This document shows, in pieces, positions 49,363 to 58,405 of a stretch of DNA of 64,000 nucleotides. The stretch is from assembly GCA_937974245.1 (NCBI GenBank), contig CALJKV010000064.1, positions 23,543 to 87,542 of the forward strand. Direction: 5' to 3'. Source of the stretch: an uncultured Chloroflexota bacterium (lineage in GTDB: Bacteria > Chloroflexota > Anaerolineae > Aggregatilineales > Phototrophicaceae). A program made the translations under genes and the position numbers. The notes beneath the pieces were generated by a model. That model was not told the DNA's origin. It did no database searches and saw only the letters and a list, made by a program, of their open reading frames with translations. Positions within the stretch are counted from its first letter, which is position 1. Each line of letters starts with the position of its first letter.

Positions 49363-49393
49363 GCGCCCTGTTGAGTTTGGCAGGGCGCGTTTT
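49363..49393 (+). terminator. terminator/attenuator-like hairpin inside the rpsM-rpsK spacer
   Basis: Stem GCGCCCTG / CAGGGCGC with a 10-nt loop, followed by GTTTTCCC (short T-run). Confidence 0.4.
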
Positions 49394-49444
49394 CCCGCAA
49401 GAACACCGCTACCGGTGAAGCATAACTAGGTATAAAGAGGGACT

Positions 49445-49849
49445 ATGGCACGTCAAAAGAAAGCTGCCGGTGGCCGCCGTGCAGCCAAGAAAGTTGTCAA
49501 GAACATTCCCTACGGGCAGGCGCATATCCACGCCACCTTTAACAATACAATTGTGTCTATGACCGACCAGTTGGGGAATGTGGTGGCCTGGGCCAGCGCC
49601 GGGACATCGGGCTTCAAGGGCAGTCGTAAAAGCACGCCCTACGCAGCTCGTATGGCCGCTCAAACGGCGTCGGAGCAGGCGCAGACGCACGGGATGCAAG
49701 AGGTGGACATTTTTGTGAAGGGCCCCGGCCCTGGGCGTGAGGCGGCAATCCGCGCCATTCAGTCCAGCGGCGTGAAAGTGCGTTCGATCACCGATGTGAC
49801 TCCTGTTCCCCATAACGGGGTGCGTCCCCGCAAGCGCCGTCGTGTTTAA
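49445..49849 (+). CDS. rpsK: 30S ribosomal protein S11
   Basis: [20 protein letters not shown]...[20 protein letters not shown]...[15 protein letters not shown]. Confidence 0.95.
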   Translation: MARQKKAAGGRRAAKKVVKNIPYGQAHIHATFNNTIVSMTDQLGNVVAWASAGTSGFKGSRKSTPYAARMAAQTASEQAQTHGMQEVDIFVKGPGPGREAAIRAIQSSGVKVRSITDVTPVPHNGVRPRKRRRV

Positions 49850-49912
49850 GCGTTCGTTTGGCTGGGCTTGCCTGGCTTATCCATCACGACAGTAGACCCG
49901 GAGGATTGAGCA

Positions 49913-50923
49913 TTGGTTCTGAATAATATGGTGCTGCCGCATCGAGTCGAAGGTGAAGCGACCTCGCGTAATTATGGGCGTTTTATCCTGAGTCCGCTAG
50001 AAAGTGGCTATGGGTTGACGCTTGGTACGGCCTTGCGTCGTGTACTGCTCTCGTCTCTGCCGGGCACGGCGATCACGAGTATGCGTGTTTCCGATGTTCA
50101 TCACGAATTTTCCTCGATCCCAGGTGTGCGCGAGGATATGACCCAGCTGATTTTGCAGGTGAAGCAGATTTGCCTGGAAATGGTGGGGAGCGGTGACTTC
50201 GCGACACCCCGGCTGCGGCTTGAACACCGCGGTGAAGGGACGGTGACTGCGGCGGACATTATTTGCCCGCCAGAAGTCAATATTGTGAATACCGACCTCT
50301 ATTTGTTCACGGCGGATTCGCCCGATACGCATTTAGAGATCGAATTTGAGGTGCAGATGGGACGCGGCTACAGCCCGGCGGAAGAGCGCGGGCGCTTGCC
50401 GATTGGCGAACTGCCAATTGATGCGATCTTCAGCCCGATTCGCCGGGTGAACTTTGAGGTCGAGAGCGCACGTGTTCACCAGCGCACCAATTACGACAAG
50501 TTGATTCTCGAAATCTGGACAGACGGCACAATCCGCCCGGAAGACGCGCTGGCACAGGCGGCCCAGATTCTGATGAAGCATCTCCAGCCGATTGCCGGGG
50601 TGCAGGACATTTTCTCAATGCCGATGGAACCATCACCAGTTGAGGAAGAAACACTGCGTCCCCATGCCAATGAGCTGCACGTGCGGCCTATTGAAGAACT
50701 TGACCTGAGCGTGCGCGTGTTTAACTCGCTCAAGCGTACTGGCATCACCACTGTTGGCGATGTTCTTGATATGCTTGACCGAGGACCGGATGCGATGCTA
50801 GCGATACGCAACTTTGGCGAAAAATCGCTGGACGAGCTGGTTGAGCGGCTGCGCGAAAAAGGCTACATGCCGCAAGAAAATGAAGATGACATAAACAAGG
50901 CTGACACCATCAGCACCCAGTAG
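49913..50923 (+). CDS. rpoA: DNA-directed RNA polymerase subunit alpha
   Basis: YGRFILSPLESGYGLTLGTALRRVLLSSLPG, and a C-terminal domain IEELDLSVRVFNSLKRTGITTVGDV. TTG start with GGAGGA 7 nt upstream. Confidence 0.95.
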   Translation: MVLNNMVLPHRVEGEATSRNYGRFILSPLESGYGLTLGTALRRVLLSSLPGTAITSMRVSDVHHEFSSIPGVREDMTQLILQVKQICLEMVGSGDFATPRLRLEHRGEGTVTAADIICPPEVNIVNTDLYLFTADSPDTHLEIEFEVQMGRGYSPAEERGRLPIGELPIDAIFSPIRRVNFEVESARVHQRTNYDKLILEIWTDGTIRPEDALAQAAQILMKHLQPIAGVQDIFSMPMEPSPVEEETLRPHANELHVRPIEELDLSVRVFNSLKRTGITTVGDVLDMLDRGPDAMLAIRNFGEKSLDELVERLREKGYMPQENEDDINKADTISTQ

Positions 50924-50933
50924 AGGATGTATC

Positions 50934-51323
50934 ATGCGACATCGTGTGGTTGGTAAAAAATTAGGGCGTGACGGCGCACAGCGCAAGGCACTTCGCCTGA
51001 GCCTGACGCTGGCCCTGCTGGAACATGAACGGATTGAGACCACCCGTGCCAAAGCCGATTTTGTGCGTGGTCATGTGGAAAAGCTGATTACGCTGGCGAA
51101 GCGTGGGCTGGCTCATGAAGACCCGGCGCGGACAGTTCATGCCCGTCGTATTGCCGCGAGCCGTTTGAACAATGACCGTGAAGTGGTGCAGAAGCTGTTC
51201 GATACTCTTGCGCCGCGTTATGAAGAACGGGCCGGTGGCTATACGCGCATCATCAAGGTGGGGCCGCGTAAAGGTGACAACGCCGAAATGGTGCTGCTGG
51301 AACTGGTTGACCGCGAAGCCTGA
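50934..51323 (+). CDS. rplQ: 50S ribosomal protein L17
   Basis: MRHRVVGKKLGRDGAQRKALRLSL...ETT..KA......EKLITLAK...GGYTRI.K...R.GD.A. Confidence 0.95.
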   Translation: MRHRVVGKKLGRDGAQRKALRLSLTLALLEHERIETTRAKADFVRGHVEKLITLAKRGLAHEDPARTVHARRIAASRLNNDREVVQKLFDTLAPRYEERAGGYTRIIKVGPRKGDNAEMVLLELVDREA

Positions 51324-51331
51324 GCCTGAGT

Positions 51332-52114
51332 ATGGCGGTTCGCTGCCGGGCGACACTGGCTTACGATGGCAGCGCCTACCAGGGGTTCCAACGGCAGGCC
51401 GGAGATACCCCGACTATTCAAGGGGCGGTTGAGCAGGCGGTTACAGCCGTTACAGGCCAGCGAGTCACAGTTATCGGGGCTGGGCGGACGGACACCGGTG
51501 TTCATGCCAGCGGACAAGTGATAGCTTTTACAGTAGATTGGGCACATAGTCTGCCTGATTTGCTAAGAGCGATTAACAGCCAGCTTCCTCCCGATATTGC
51601 CTTGCAGGATATTCGGGAGCAGCCGGGATTTCATCCCCGGTATGATGCCATCTCGCGGGAATACCAGTACACTCTGGTACAATGCAAAGAACGTCAGCCG
51701 CTTTTGCGCTATCGTGCCTGGCATATCTGGAGCGAACTGGATGCGGAAGCGATGGGGGCGGCAGCTGCACTCTTAGTCGGATGGCATGATTTTGCGGGGT
51801 TCGGCCTCGCGCCACAGGGCAGTAAGACGACGACCCGCAACCTGACACGTTCTGAGTGGTCACACTGGGATAATGCACAAGGTGAAGGCGTCATCTGGAA
51901 GTACACGGTTGAGGCGAACGCTTTTTTAAAACACATGGTACGGCGCATAGTCGGGTTATTGGTGCAGGTGGGTTTGGGTAAACTGAGCGCCACCGAGCTG
52001 AAAACGATTTTAGAGCGGGCGGTATTGTGGGAAGGGCCGGTGGCCCCGCCCCAGGGGTTAGTGCTGACCGCTGTGCGCTACCCGAACGATACAACAAGTA
52101 ACACCGGGTCTTGA
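51332..52114 (+). CDS. truA: tRNA pseudouridine(38-40) synthase TruA
   Basis: LAYDGSAYQGFQRQ...GAGRTDTGVHASGQV (catalytic Asp context) and the usual position after rplQ. Confidence 0.9.
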   Translation: MAVRCRATLAYDGSAYQGFQRQAGDTPTIQGAVEQAVTAVTGQRVTVIGAGRTDTGVHASGQVIAFTVDWAHSLPDLLRAINSQLPPDIALQDIREQPGFHPRYDAISREYQYTLVQCKERQPLLRYRAWHIWSELDAEAMGAAAALLVGWHDFAGFGLAPQGSKTTTRNLTRSEWSHWDNAQGEGVIWKYTVEANAFLKHMVRRIVGLLVQVGLGKLSATELKTILERAVLWEGPVAPPQGLVLTAVRYPNDTTSNTGS

Positions 52115-52207
52115 GGCCACATCCATACCGATGGATACCCAAGACTCCGTACTCAAGACTCAGTACTCGTATGAGGTGGGTGAGACGCCCGCCGGAGGAT
52201 ATGAATT

Positions 52208-52642
52208 GTGGAACAGAAAACTTTCGTAACCAAGCCACTCGAAGTTGAACGCAAATGGTGGATTGTGGACGCGAAGGGGCAGAACCTGGGGCGTCTCGCC
52301 ACTCAGATCGCGCCAATTTTGCGTGGTAAACACAAGCCGGTTTTTGCACCTAATCAGGATGTGGGTGACTATGTCATCGTCATCAACTGTGCCGAGATCA
52401 CCGTGACCGGCAATAAGATGGAAGATAAGCACTATTACCGGCATTCGGGCTATCCCGGCGGCCTCAAGTCAATCTCGCTGCGTGATCAGCTTGCCAAACA
52501 CCCGGAGCGAGTGATTGAAGCGGCGGTAAAAGGGATGCTGCCCAGTAATGCGCTGGGCCGGAATATGCTGAAGAAACTCAAGGTTTACGCCGGAAGCGAC
52601 CACCCGCACGCGGCACAAAAGCCCGAAGTCTTAAAGGGTTAG
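52208..52642 (+). CDS. rplM: 50S ribosomal protein L13
   Basis: [50 protein letters not shown] start with GGAGGA upstream. Confidence 0.95.
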   Translation: MEQKTFVTKPLEVERKWWIVDAKGQNLGRLATQIAPILRGKHKPVFAPNQDVGDYVIVINCAEITVTGNKMEDKHYYRHSGYPGGLKSISLRDQLAKHPERVIEAAVKGMLPSNALGRNMLKKLKVYAGSDHPHAAQKPEVLKG

Positions 52643-52656
52643 GAAGGGTCTGATTC

Positions 52657-53052
52657 ATGTCTGCACAATATTACGAAGGCATTGGCCGCCGTAAGGCCGC
52701 TACCGCCCGTGTACGTATTTTCCCAGGTGGCACCGGGCATCTCATGATTAACGATAAAGAAGGTAGTGACTATCTGCCGCGCTCCGGTGATGTGGATATT
52801 CTGCTGCAACCGTTGACCGTGCTGGGGCAGGACAAGCATTTCGATGTCTCGGTGCATGTGAACGGTGGTGGTATCTCCGGTCAACGGGATGCGATTCTGC
52901 TGGGGCTGGCGCGGGCGCTAATCAAGCTTGACCCGGAAGTGAAACCCCAGTTGAAGGAATTCAAATTCCTCACGCGCGATCCACGTGTGAAGGAACGGAA
53001 AAAGCCAGGTCTCAAACGCGCCCGCAAAGCGCCGACCTACACCAAACGTTAA
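52657..53052 (+). CDS. rpsI: 30S ribosomal protein S9
   Basis: YEGIGRRKAATARVRI.PG.G...IN......Y...GGG.SGQ..A...G.ARAL...RDPR.KERKK.G...ARK..TY.KR. Confidence 0.95.
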   Translation: MSAQYYEGIGRRKAATARVRIFPGGTGHLMINDKEGSDYLPRSGDVDILLQPLTVLGQDKHFDVSVHVNGGGISGQRDAILLGLARALIKLDPEVKPQLKEFKFLTRDPRVKERKKPGLKRARKAPTYTKR

Positions 53053-53076
53053 TCACGCTTTTTCGATAACACGCAA

Positions 53077-53102
53077 ACAAGGGGCTGTACAACGCCCCTT
53101 GT
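53077..53102. terminator. hairpin between convergent rpsI and the TetR gene
   Basis: Stem ACAAGGGGC / GCCCCTTGT with an 8-nt loop. The downstream T-run is weak (TGTGATT). Confidence 0.4.
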
Positions 53103-53116
53103 TGTGATTCTGCTCG

Positions 53117-53677
53117 TTACTTTCCCCACCCAGCCAGGTAAGCGCGGATGGACTGCGTATAGGCAGCATCCAGGTCGCCACCGCGCTGTAACTGCCCGGC
53201 CAATTCCAGCATGACAAAGCCATGTATCAGCGCCAGCAGTCCACGCAGAGCGGGCAGGCTGTCTGCTTCTCCGCAAATTTCCGCCATCAACGCCTGAAAG
53301 GGTATAACTGCTCTTTCTTGTTCGGCGGGATCTGGTCGTAATTCGGCAATCGTATTGGTGTATGCCAGGCCGTATGTGACCGGATGCTGGTGGGCATACG
53401 CCCGGTAGGCATTGGCAATCCCCATGATGCGCAGCGGCGCATCACCCGGGGTATCCAGCAGCGGTGTAATCGCCGCGAAGAGTCCTTTGAAAGTCGTTTC
53501 ATTGACCGCCCGCAACAGCGCGGTTTTGCTATCCATATAGCGGTATAGCGAAGGAGTTTTGACTCCCAGGATTTTCGCCAACTGGTTGAGAGAAAGGTGT
53601 GCCATTCCCTCTGATTCGATCAGTTCGCAGGCGGCGGTCAATATCACCTCACGGTTAATCTGGGCGGGGTAGGGCAT
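53117..53677 (-). CDS. TetR/AcrR family transcriptional regulator
   Basis: HTH region ILTAACELIESEGMAHLSLNQLAKILGVKTPSLYRYMDSK. Confidence 0.8.
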   Translation of the reverse strand: MPYPAQINREVILTAACELIESEGMAHLSLNQLAKILGVKTPSLYRYMDSKTALLRAVNETTFKGLFAAITPLLDTPGDAPLRIMGIANAYRAYAHQHPVTYGLAYTNTIAELRPDPAEQERAVIPFQALMAEICGEADSLPALRGLLALIHGFVMLELAGQLQRGGDLDAAYTQSIRAYLAGWGK

Positions 53678-53686
53678 GGGGAACTC

Positions 53687-54091
53687 CTATACATGGTTGA
53701 GATGGGTATCTTTGAAGGCTGTAGGGTACTTTAATCCATAACCCAGTACTCGATCCAGCCCGATGTGCGCCAGCCAGACGAGAGCAACCAGTGTGAGGCC
53801 GGTTGCTTCCGGTGATGTCACGCCTAACGCCAGCAGGGCAGCGGGGATGATATACGTGTGTACAAGGTTGTATGTGTGGCTGCCCAGACGCGGGTTGGCA
53901 AGATAGCCCAGCATCCCCAGATCAGGCGTGAACAGAAGGATAGCGAACAGCAGGCCGTCATAACGCAGGTGGGCATATATCCCGACAGCGCCCAGGAAAA
54001 CGACCAGACCTTCCAGCCGCAGCAGCAGGGCAGGCAGGCTGGGCAACCGTTGACTGGATGAACCGGATAAGGTGGTGGTAACTTGTGTCAT
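53687..54091 (-). CDS. DUF4260-like small membrane protein
   Basis: LLRLEGLVVF...PDLGMLGYL...YNLVHTY...WLAHIGLDRVLGYGLKY...THL matches my recollection of the DUF4260 pattern. Lies upstream of, and probably co-transcribed with, the TetR gene. Confidence 0.55.
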   Translation of the reverse strand: MTQVTTTLSGSSSQRLPSLPALLLRLEGLVVFLGAVGIYAHLRYDGLLFAILLFTPDLGMLGYLANPRLGSHTYNLVHTYIIPAALLALGVTSPEATGLTLVALVWLAHIGLDRVLGYGLKYPTAFKDTHLNHV

Positions 54092-54117
54092 GGGTATACT
54101 CCTTAAAGACTAACAGA

Positions 54118-54144
54118 ATTAGCGTTCAAAGCTAATGATATTAG
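54118..54144. promoter_or_regulatory. overlapping short inverted repeats upstream of the DUF4260-TetR pair (possible operator)
   Basis: ATTAGC-N7-GCTAAT, immediately followed by CTAAT-GAT-ATTAG. Located 27-53 nt upstream of the DUF4260 start. Confidence 0.25.
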
Positions 54145-54283
54145 TTTTTGGAGTTTTGTCAAGCCCTGTAGAGATTTCATCTATGCTTGAACTGATTCAC
54201 ATGAAATTTTTATCAATATACGTTAAACTTGATGCGGATTTAGGAAATTCGTAAGAATCTATATATTCTCAAGGGAAGTGTCT

Positions 54284-54613
54284 ATGGAACAAAAGAATTT
54301 GGTTAACCTACATTATGCTTATATGACGATGGTGCGACATTGGCACGCCCAATCAGAGCCATATACGGGCGCGGATGCGCTGTTTACGGCATTGGACAAT
54401 GGGTGGGATATGGATAATGTTGTGACGTATAAGGAATTCTGGCAGGCCGGAATGCGCCGGATCGTTGTTTGCTATTTCACGCTCCAGCGCGATGGTGAAG
54501 CCCTCACCATGCCAGTGATCTATAATCCGTACGTCAGTCGTTTGATCCGCACAATGCATGTCGAGACCGTGCGCGTTGAGAACATGGAGAGCAATCGAGC
54601 CGACGTTGGCTAA
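54284..54613 (+). CDS. hypothetical protein (109 aa)
   Basis: ORF with AAGGGAAG upstream of the ATG at 54284. No family recognised. Confidence 0.45.
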   Translation: MEQKNLVNLHYAYMTMVRHWHAQSEPYTGADALFTALDNGWDMDNVVTYKEFWQAGMRRIVVCYFTLQRDGEALTMPVIYNPYVSRLIRTMHVETVRVENMESNRADVG

Positions 54614-54807
54614 CCCGTTTTCCCCTCTTCGGCTGGCACGTTTCCTCGCCACCGCTCAATCAACAACCGACATTTATCTATAGCTGTGTTTGTTTTCCCT
54701 GGCGTGATTGGCAGGGGCAAATACTTAGCCACAATAATATTTCAGGACTTATTTCATTTCCCGCAAAGTGCCCCTCTCTCTGACATCTGCCTGACGGATG
54801 CCACGAT

Positions 54808-54837
54808 CATAAAAAAGGGGCTTCGATACACCCCTTG
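54808..54837 (-). terminator. intrinsic terminator downstream of the pfkB-family gene
   Basis: The minus strand reads AAGGGGTGTATCGAAGCCCCTT followed by TTTTTTAT. Confidence 0.6.
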
Positions 54838-54871
54838 TCCAGGTTCTCCATAATTTTTAGAATTATCACGT

Positions 54872-55846
54872 CTATGGAGTAACATCCAGTGCTGAAACGG
54901 TGACTTGCGGCAGAATGGCCTGGGCGTCATCGAGTGTGGCGAACTCGCTGCCAAGCTGTGTGGCAGTGTACATAGCGGCGGCTCCCCCGAGTTCGAGTGC
55001 TTTAGCTGACGAATACCGCTTCGACCATGCTGTGAGGAAGCCGGCCAAGAGAGCATCCTCAACGCCATCTTGTGTGCCATTTTCGCCTTCAGCAATATCC
55101 ACACGCCAAGCGCCTTCCGCTGTGACTAATACCGCTGCCAGCGGGGTCGTCATATCCTGCAAAGTTGTTGTGATAACCTGTTGCACTCCGTCTTCACGGA
55201 GTTTCTGGCTGCAAAAGAGGATATCTTCCGGCGTGCGAATAGGGTGGTTGAACAGGGCTTCCATCTCATTCTGAGTCAGGGCTACCACATCCGGCCCGGC
55301 TTCCAACGCTTGCGAAGTCCGATCAGTATTGCGCCCGCCCAGCACGACCACTGCCCCGGCCTCGTGTGCAGACTGGGAAAGCATAGCGTAGGTATTGGTG
55401 GGAGCATCGGCAGGCAGACTGCCCGCCAGCATGAGGACATCATCCGGCTGGATCACTTCAAGTAGCTTGGCGCGGATTGCCTGAATGTTCTCAGCAGTAC
55501 AACCCTCACCTTCTTCAATGAGGTGGGTTTCGGTCTTATTGCCTGTATCCACGATTGTGACATTGCTGCGGGTGCGTCCCGCTTTAGTGACGATCTCCAC
55601 CGGGAAGCCTTCTTCGGTAATCAGAGCTTGGTAAGCCTTGCCGGTAGGGTCATCCCCCAGCATAATCACGGCTGTTGTGCTGCAACCCAGTCGGCGAAGC
55701 GCCCGCGTGATGTTCACGCCACGTCCTGCCGGGTCCAGGCGCGTTGTCTCTGTTGTGCGGTTATGATACCCTATGGAGAGGTAGTGCGTGAGCAGTGTGC
55801 GATCCAATGATGGATTTAAAGTCAGGGTGATAATCTTGATTCCCAT
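54872..55846 (-). CDS. PfkB-family carbohydrate kinase (1-phosphofructokinase/tagatose-6-P kinase-like)
   Basis: IITLTLNPSLDRT...AGRGVNITRAL..LG... N-terminus, and a C-terminal G..D....GF......A...G.AAA anion-hole region. Start set to the ATG at 55846 with AGGAGG upstream. Confidence 0.85.
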   Translation of the reverse strand: MGIKIITLTLNPSLDRTLLTHYLSIGYHNRTTETTRLDPAGRGVNITRALRRLGCSTTAVIMLGDDPTGKAYQALITEEGFPVEIVTKAGRTRSNVTIVDTGNKTETHLIEEGEGCTAENIQAIRAKLLEVIQPDDVLMLAGSLPADAPTNTYAMLSQSAHEAGAVVVLGGRNTDRTSQALEAGPDVVALTQNEMEALFNHPIRTPEDILFCSQKLREDGVQQVITTTLQDMTTPLAAVLVTAEGAWRVDIAEGENGTQDGVEDALLAGFLTAWSKRYSSAKALELGGAAAMYTATQLGSEFATLDDAQAILPQVTVSALDVTP

Positions 55847-55900
55847 TTGGTCTGCCTCCTGAAAACTTCTCTGTTCGTTCGTCTCTATGAAAGGTTGCTG

Positions 55901-56704
55901 ATGTATTGGCACGAAGCCACTGAAACGCTGTTGAAAACGCTCGTTGAACAACCTCGCCTTGGGTTAATTACAGATATGGACGGCACAATCAGCCCGATTG
56001 TCCCTGTCCCAGATGCCGCCCAGGTTACGCCATACAGCAGAGCGATGCTTCAGGCGTTACAGCCGCACTTGGCACTCGTCGCGGTGGTTTCTGGCCGGGC
56101 GGTAGCCGATGTGCGCCAGCGTGTCGGGCTGCCGGACCTGGTATACGCCGGTAATCACGGGCTGGAACGCTGGGCTGATAACCAGGTCGTGCCGGTGCTG
56201 GAAGCCACCCAATTTCGTCCGGCACTGGAGGCGTCATTAGCGGCCATCACGCCACACCTGCTGCCGGGAATGCGCCTGGAAGACAAAGGTGTTACTCTCT
56301 CAATTCATTACCGCCAGACCACCGACCCTCAGGCCGCAGCAACTGTTTTCAGGCCCTTGCTGGAAGCCACCGCCGCTCAACATGGTCTCAAACTGTTTCA
56401 GGGGCGGATGGTATTTGAACTGCGCCCGCCGCTGCATATCCACAAAGGTACGATTTTGCGCCAGTTCGTCACCGAATACCGCCTTTCCGCCGCCGTCTAC
56501 CTGGGCGATGACACTACCGACGTCGATGCCCTGCAAATGGCCCGTGAGTTACGCGAACAAAATGCGTGTTATGCGCTCGGCGTGGGCGTGGAGTCCGATG
56601 GAGTCCCCACCGCCGTGCTGGAAACCGCCGACTTGCTGGCCGCCGGTGTGCCGGGCATCGAAGCCTTTTTGTCCTGGCTGGTGAACGCATCCAGGGCATC
56701 CTGA
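55901..56704 (+). CDS. otsB: trehalose-phosphatase (HAD superfamily) OtsB-like
   Basis: HAD motif I LITDMDGTISPIV, motif II VVSGR and motif IV YLGDDTTD. Adjacent to the otsA-like gene. Start set to the ATG at 55901. Confidence 0.8.
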   Translation: MYWHEATETLLKTLVEQPRLGLITDMDGTISPIVPVPDAAQVTPYSRAMLQALQPHLALVAVVSGRAVADVRQRVGLPDLVYAGNHGLERWADNQVVPVLEATQFRPALEASLAAITPHLLPGMRLEDKGVTLSIHYRQTTDPQAAATVFRPLLEATAAQHGLKLFQGRMVFELRPPLHIHKGTILRQFVTEYRLSAAVYLGDDTTDVDALQMARELREQNACYALGVGVESDGVPTAVLETADLLAAGVPGIEAFLSWLVNASRAS

Positions 56705-58176
56705 ACCTGATTGGCGAACCACTGTTTCGTGCCACCCATCTCTACATGCTGACGCATCGCTTCGCTGCGCCCCCGCCGTTCATCAGTAGGCATCATGAGC
56801 GCGTTGTGCAGCGCCTCCGCCGTGCTGTGAATATCGAAGGGAGACACGACCAGGGCATGTTCTCCTAACTCGTAGTACACTCCTGCATATTCCGAAAGCA
56901 CCAGCACCCCATCATGCTGGTTGACTAATGCGCCTTCTTTGGCTACCAGGTTCATGCCATCCGCAATCGGGTTGACAAGCAGCACGTCATAGAGCTGTAA
57001 TGCGGCCAGCGCCCGCCGGTAGTTGTCGCCAATGATAATCCGTACAGGCTCCCAGAAACCGCTGCCGTAGTCGGCATTTATCATGCCTGCTTCGGCCATA
57101 ATTTCGCGCAGGTAATTCTGGTATTCATCCACCTCCATGCGCGAAGGGACGAGCAGCGCCAGCATTTGCACCTGTCCCCGGTGCTCCGGGTAACGTTCCA
57201 GCAGGGCGCGGTAGGCCAGCAGCCCACGCAGAATGTTCTTGCTCGGTTCGACCCGGTCCGTCCGCAGGATAAGCTGGCGGTTATCGGCAAAGTTCACGAT
57301 TTGCGATTTGAACATGCGGGTTTCCGGGTCTTCCAGCAGTTCGCGTACCCGGTCAACTTCAATCGAAATCGGATAGGTTTTGGCCTCGACCACACGCCCC
57401 TGATAGTCAATCGAATCACGACTGCCGCGCGAATGGGCGTGCTGGATATAGAAGCGGCAGGTTTGCACAAAGTTGAAGGCATCGCTGCGCGTCTGGAAGC
57501 CGACCCGGTCAGCGGCCAGCAGACTGGTGAGAATCGTCGTCCGCATCAGTTCAGGCAGCATCCGCCAGGCATCTGGCCCCGGCCAGGGGATATGGATGAA
57601 CGGCTGGATCTGCACCTGCTCGCCCAGACGTTCTCGCAGAAAATGTGGTACCAGGTACAGGTGGTAATCCTGCGGAAAGACGATTACGGGGCGGTCTGAC
57701 CCTTCAACCGTATCGGCGATAGTATCTGCGAACTGCCGGTTGATGGCGAGATAACCGTTTTCCCAGGCATCCCAGGTGTCCTGCGTAATGACCGGATTAC
57801 GCGGCGTATCCCATAGTTGGTGCTGAATAAACCAGAGCAGCGGGTTGCTGATGGTGTTGTAGTATTGTTCGTAGCTGTCGGCGGCGGGTTGGATGAGTCG
57901 TAGCTTCATATCCTGTACGGTCTGTACCGTATCACCTTGCCGCTGCGCCCAATGATGATCGTCCGGGGTGAGCGCCGCCGCCACCCACAGGACATCATGG
58001 TTCTGTGCTAAGGCACTGAGGGCCGTCACCAACCCACCTGCGCCGCGTTTAATAGAAAAGGTACTGTCGGCCTGCTCAGTAAAAGTGAATGGGCCGCGAT
58101 TAGAGGCGATGACAATCAACGGTGTGGATGGATCATTCGAGGGATGTATGCTGGATACACCGGTCTGCGGGATCAT
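56569..58176 (-). CDS. otsA: alpha,alpha-trehalose-phosphate synthase (GT20) OtsA-like
   Basis: IVIASNRGP...GGLVTAL...NPLLWFIQH...FPQDYHLYLVP...RTDRVEPSKNILRGLLAYRALLERYPEHRGQV...LVNPIADGMNLVAKE. The Ser/Thr/Pro-rich C-terminal tail overlaps the otsB 3-prime end. Confidence 0.85.
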   Translation of the reverse strand: MIPQTGVSSIHPSNDPSTPLIVIASNRGPFTFTEQADSTFSIKRGAGGLVTALSALAQNHDVLWVAAALTPDDHHWAQRQGDTVQTVQDMKLRLIQPAADSYEQYYNTISNPLLWFIQHQLWDTPRNPVITQDTWDAWENGYLAINRQFADTIADTVEGSDRPVIVFPQDYHLYLVPHFLRERLGEQVQIQPFIHIPWPGPDAWRMLPELMRTTILTSLLAADRVGFQTRSDAFNFVQTCRFYIQHAHSRGSRDSIDYQGRVVEAKTYPISIEVDRVRELLEDPETRMFKSQIVNFADNRQLILRTDRVEPSKNILRGLLAYRALLERYPEHRGQVQMLALLVPSRMEVDEYQNYLREIMAEAGMINADYGSGFWEPVRIIIGDNYRRALAALQLYDVLLVNPIADGMNLVAKEGALVNQHDGVLVLSEYAGVYYELGEHALVVSPFDIHSTAEALHNALMMPTDERRGRSEAMRQHVEMGGTKQWFANQVQDALDAFTSQDKKASMPGTPAASKSAVSSTAVGTPSDSTPTPSA

Positions 58177-58405
58177 ATGTGTCTCCCCTTGCTTTTTTGC
58201 TTGCTGGTGATGTGTTACGGTGATGATAATTACTTTCTGTTAATTTCAGGCGGATATGGTTCTGCACGAGTGCTAAAGCAGTAAAGCAAAGCCATCTGCT
58301 CCCCAACATCGCTATTATAACAGACAATGCTGGGTGCAGATTTAGAGAGTATTATATCTATATAAGAAACATGGTTGGCGATGGGTGATACACGCCCCAG
58401 TACAG

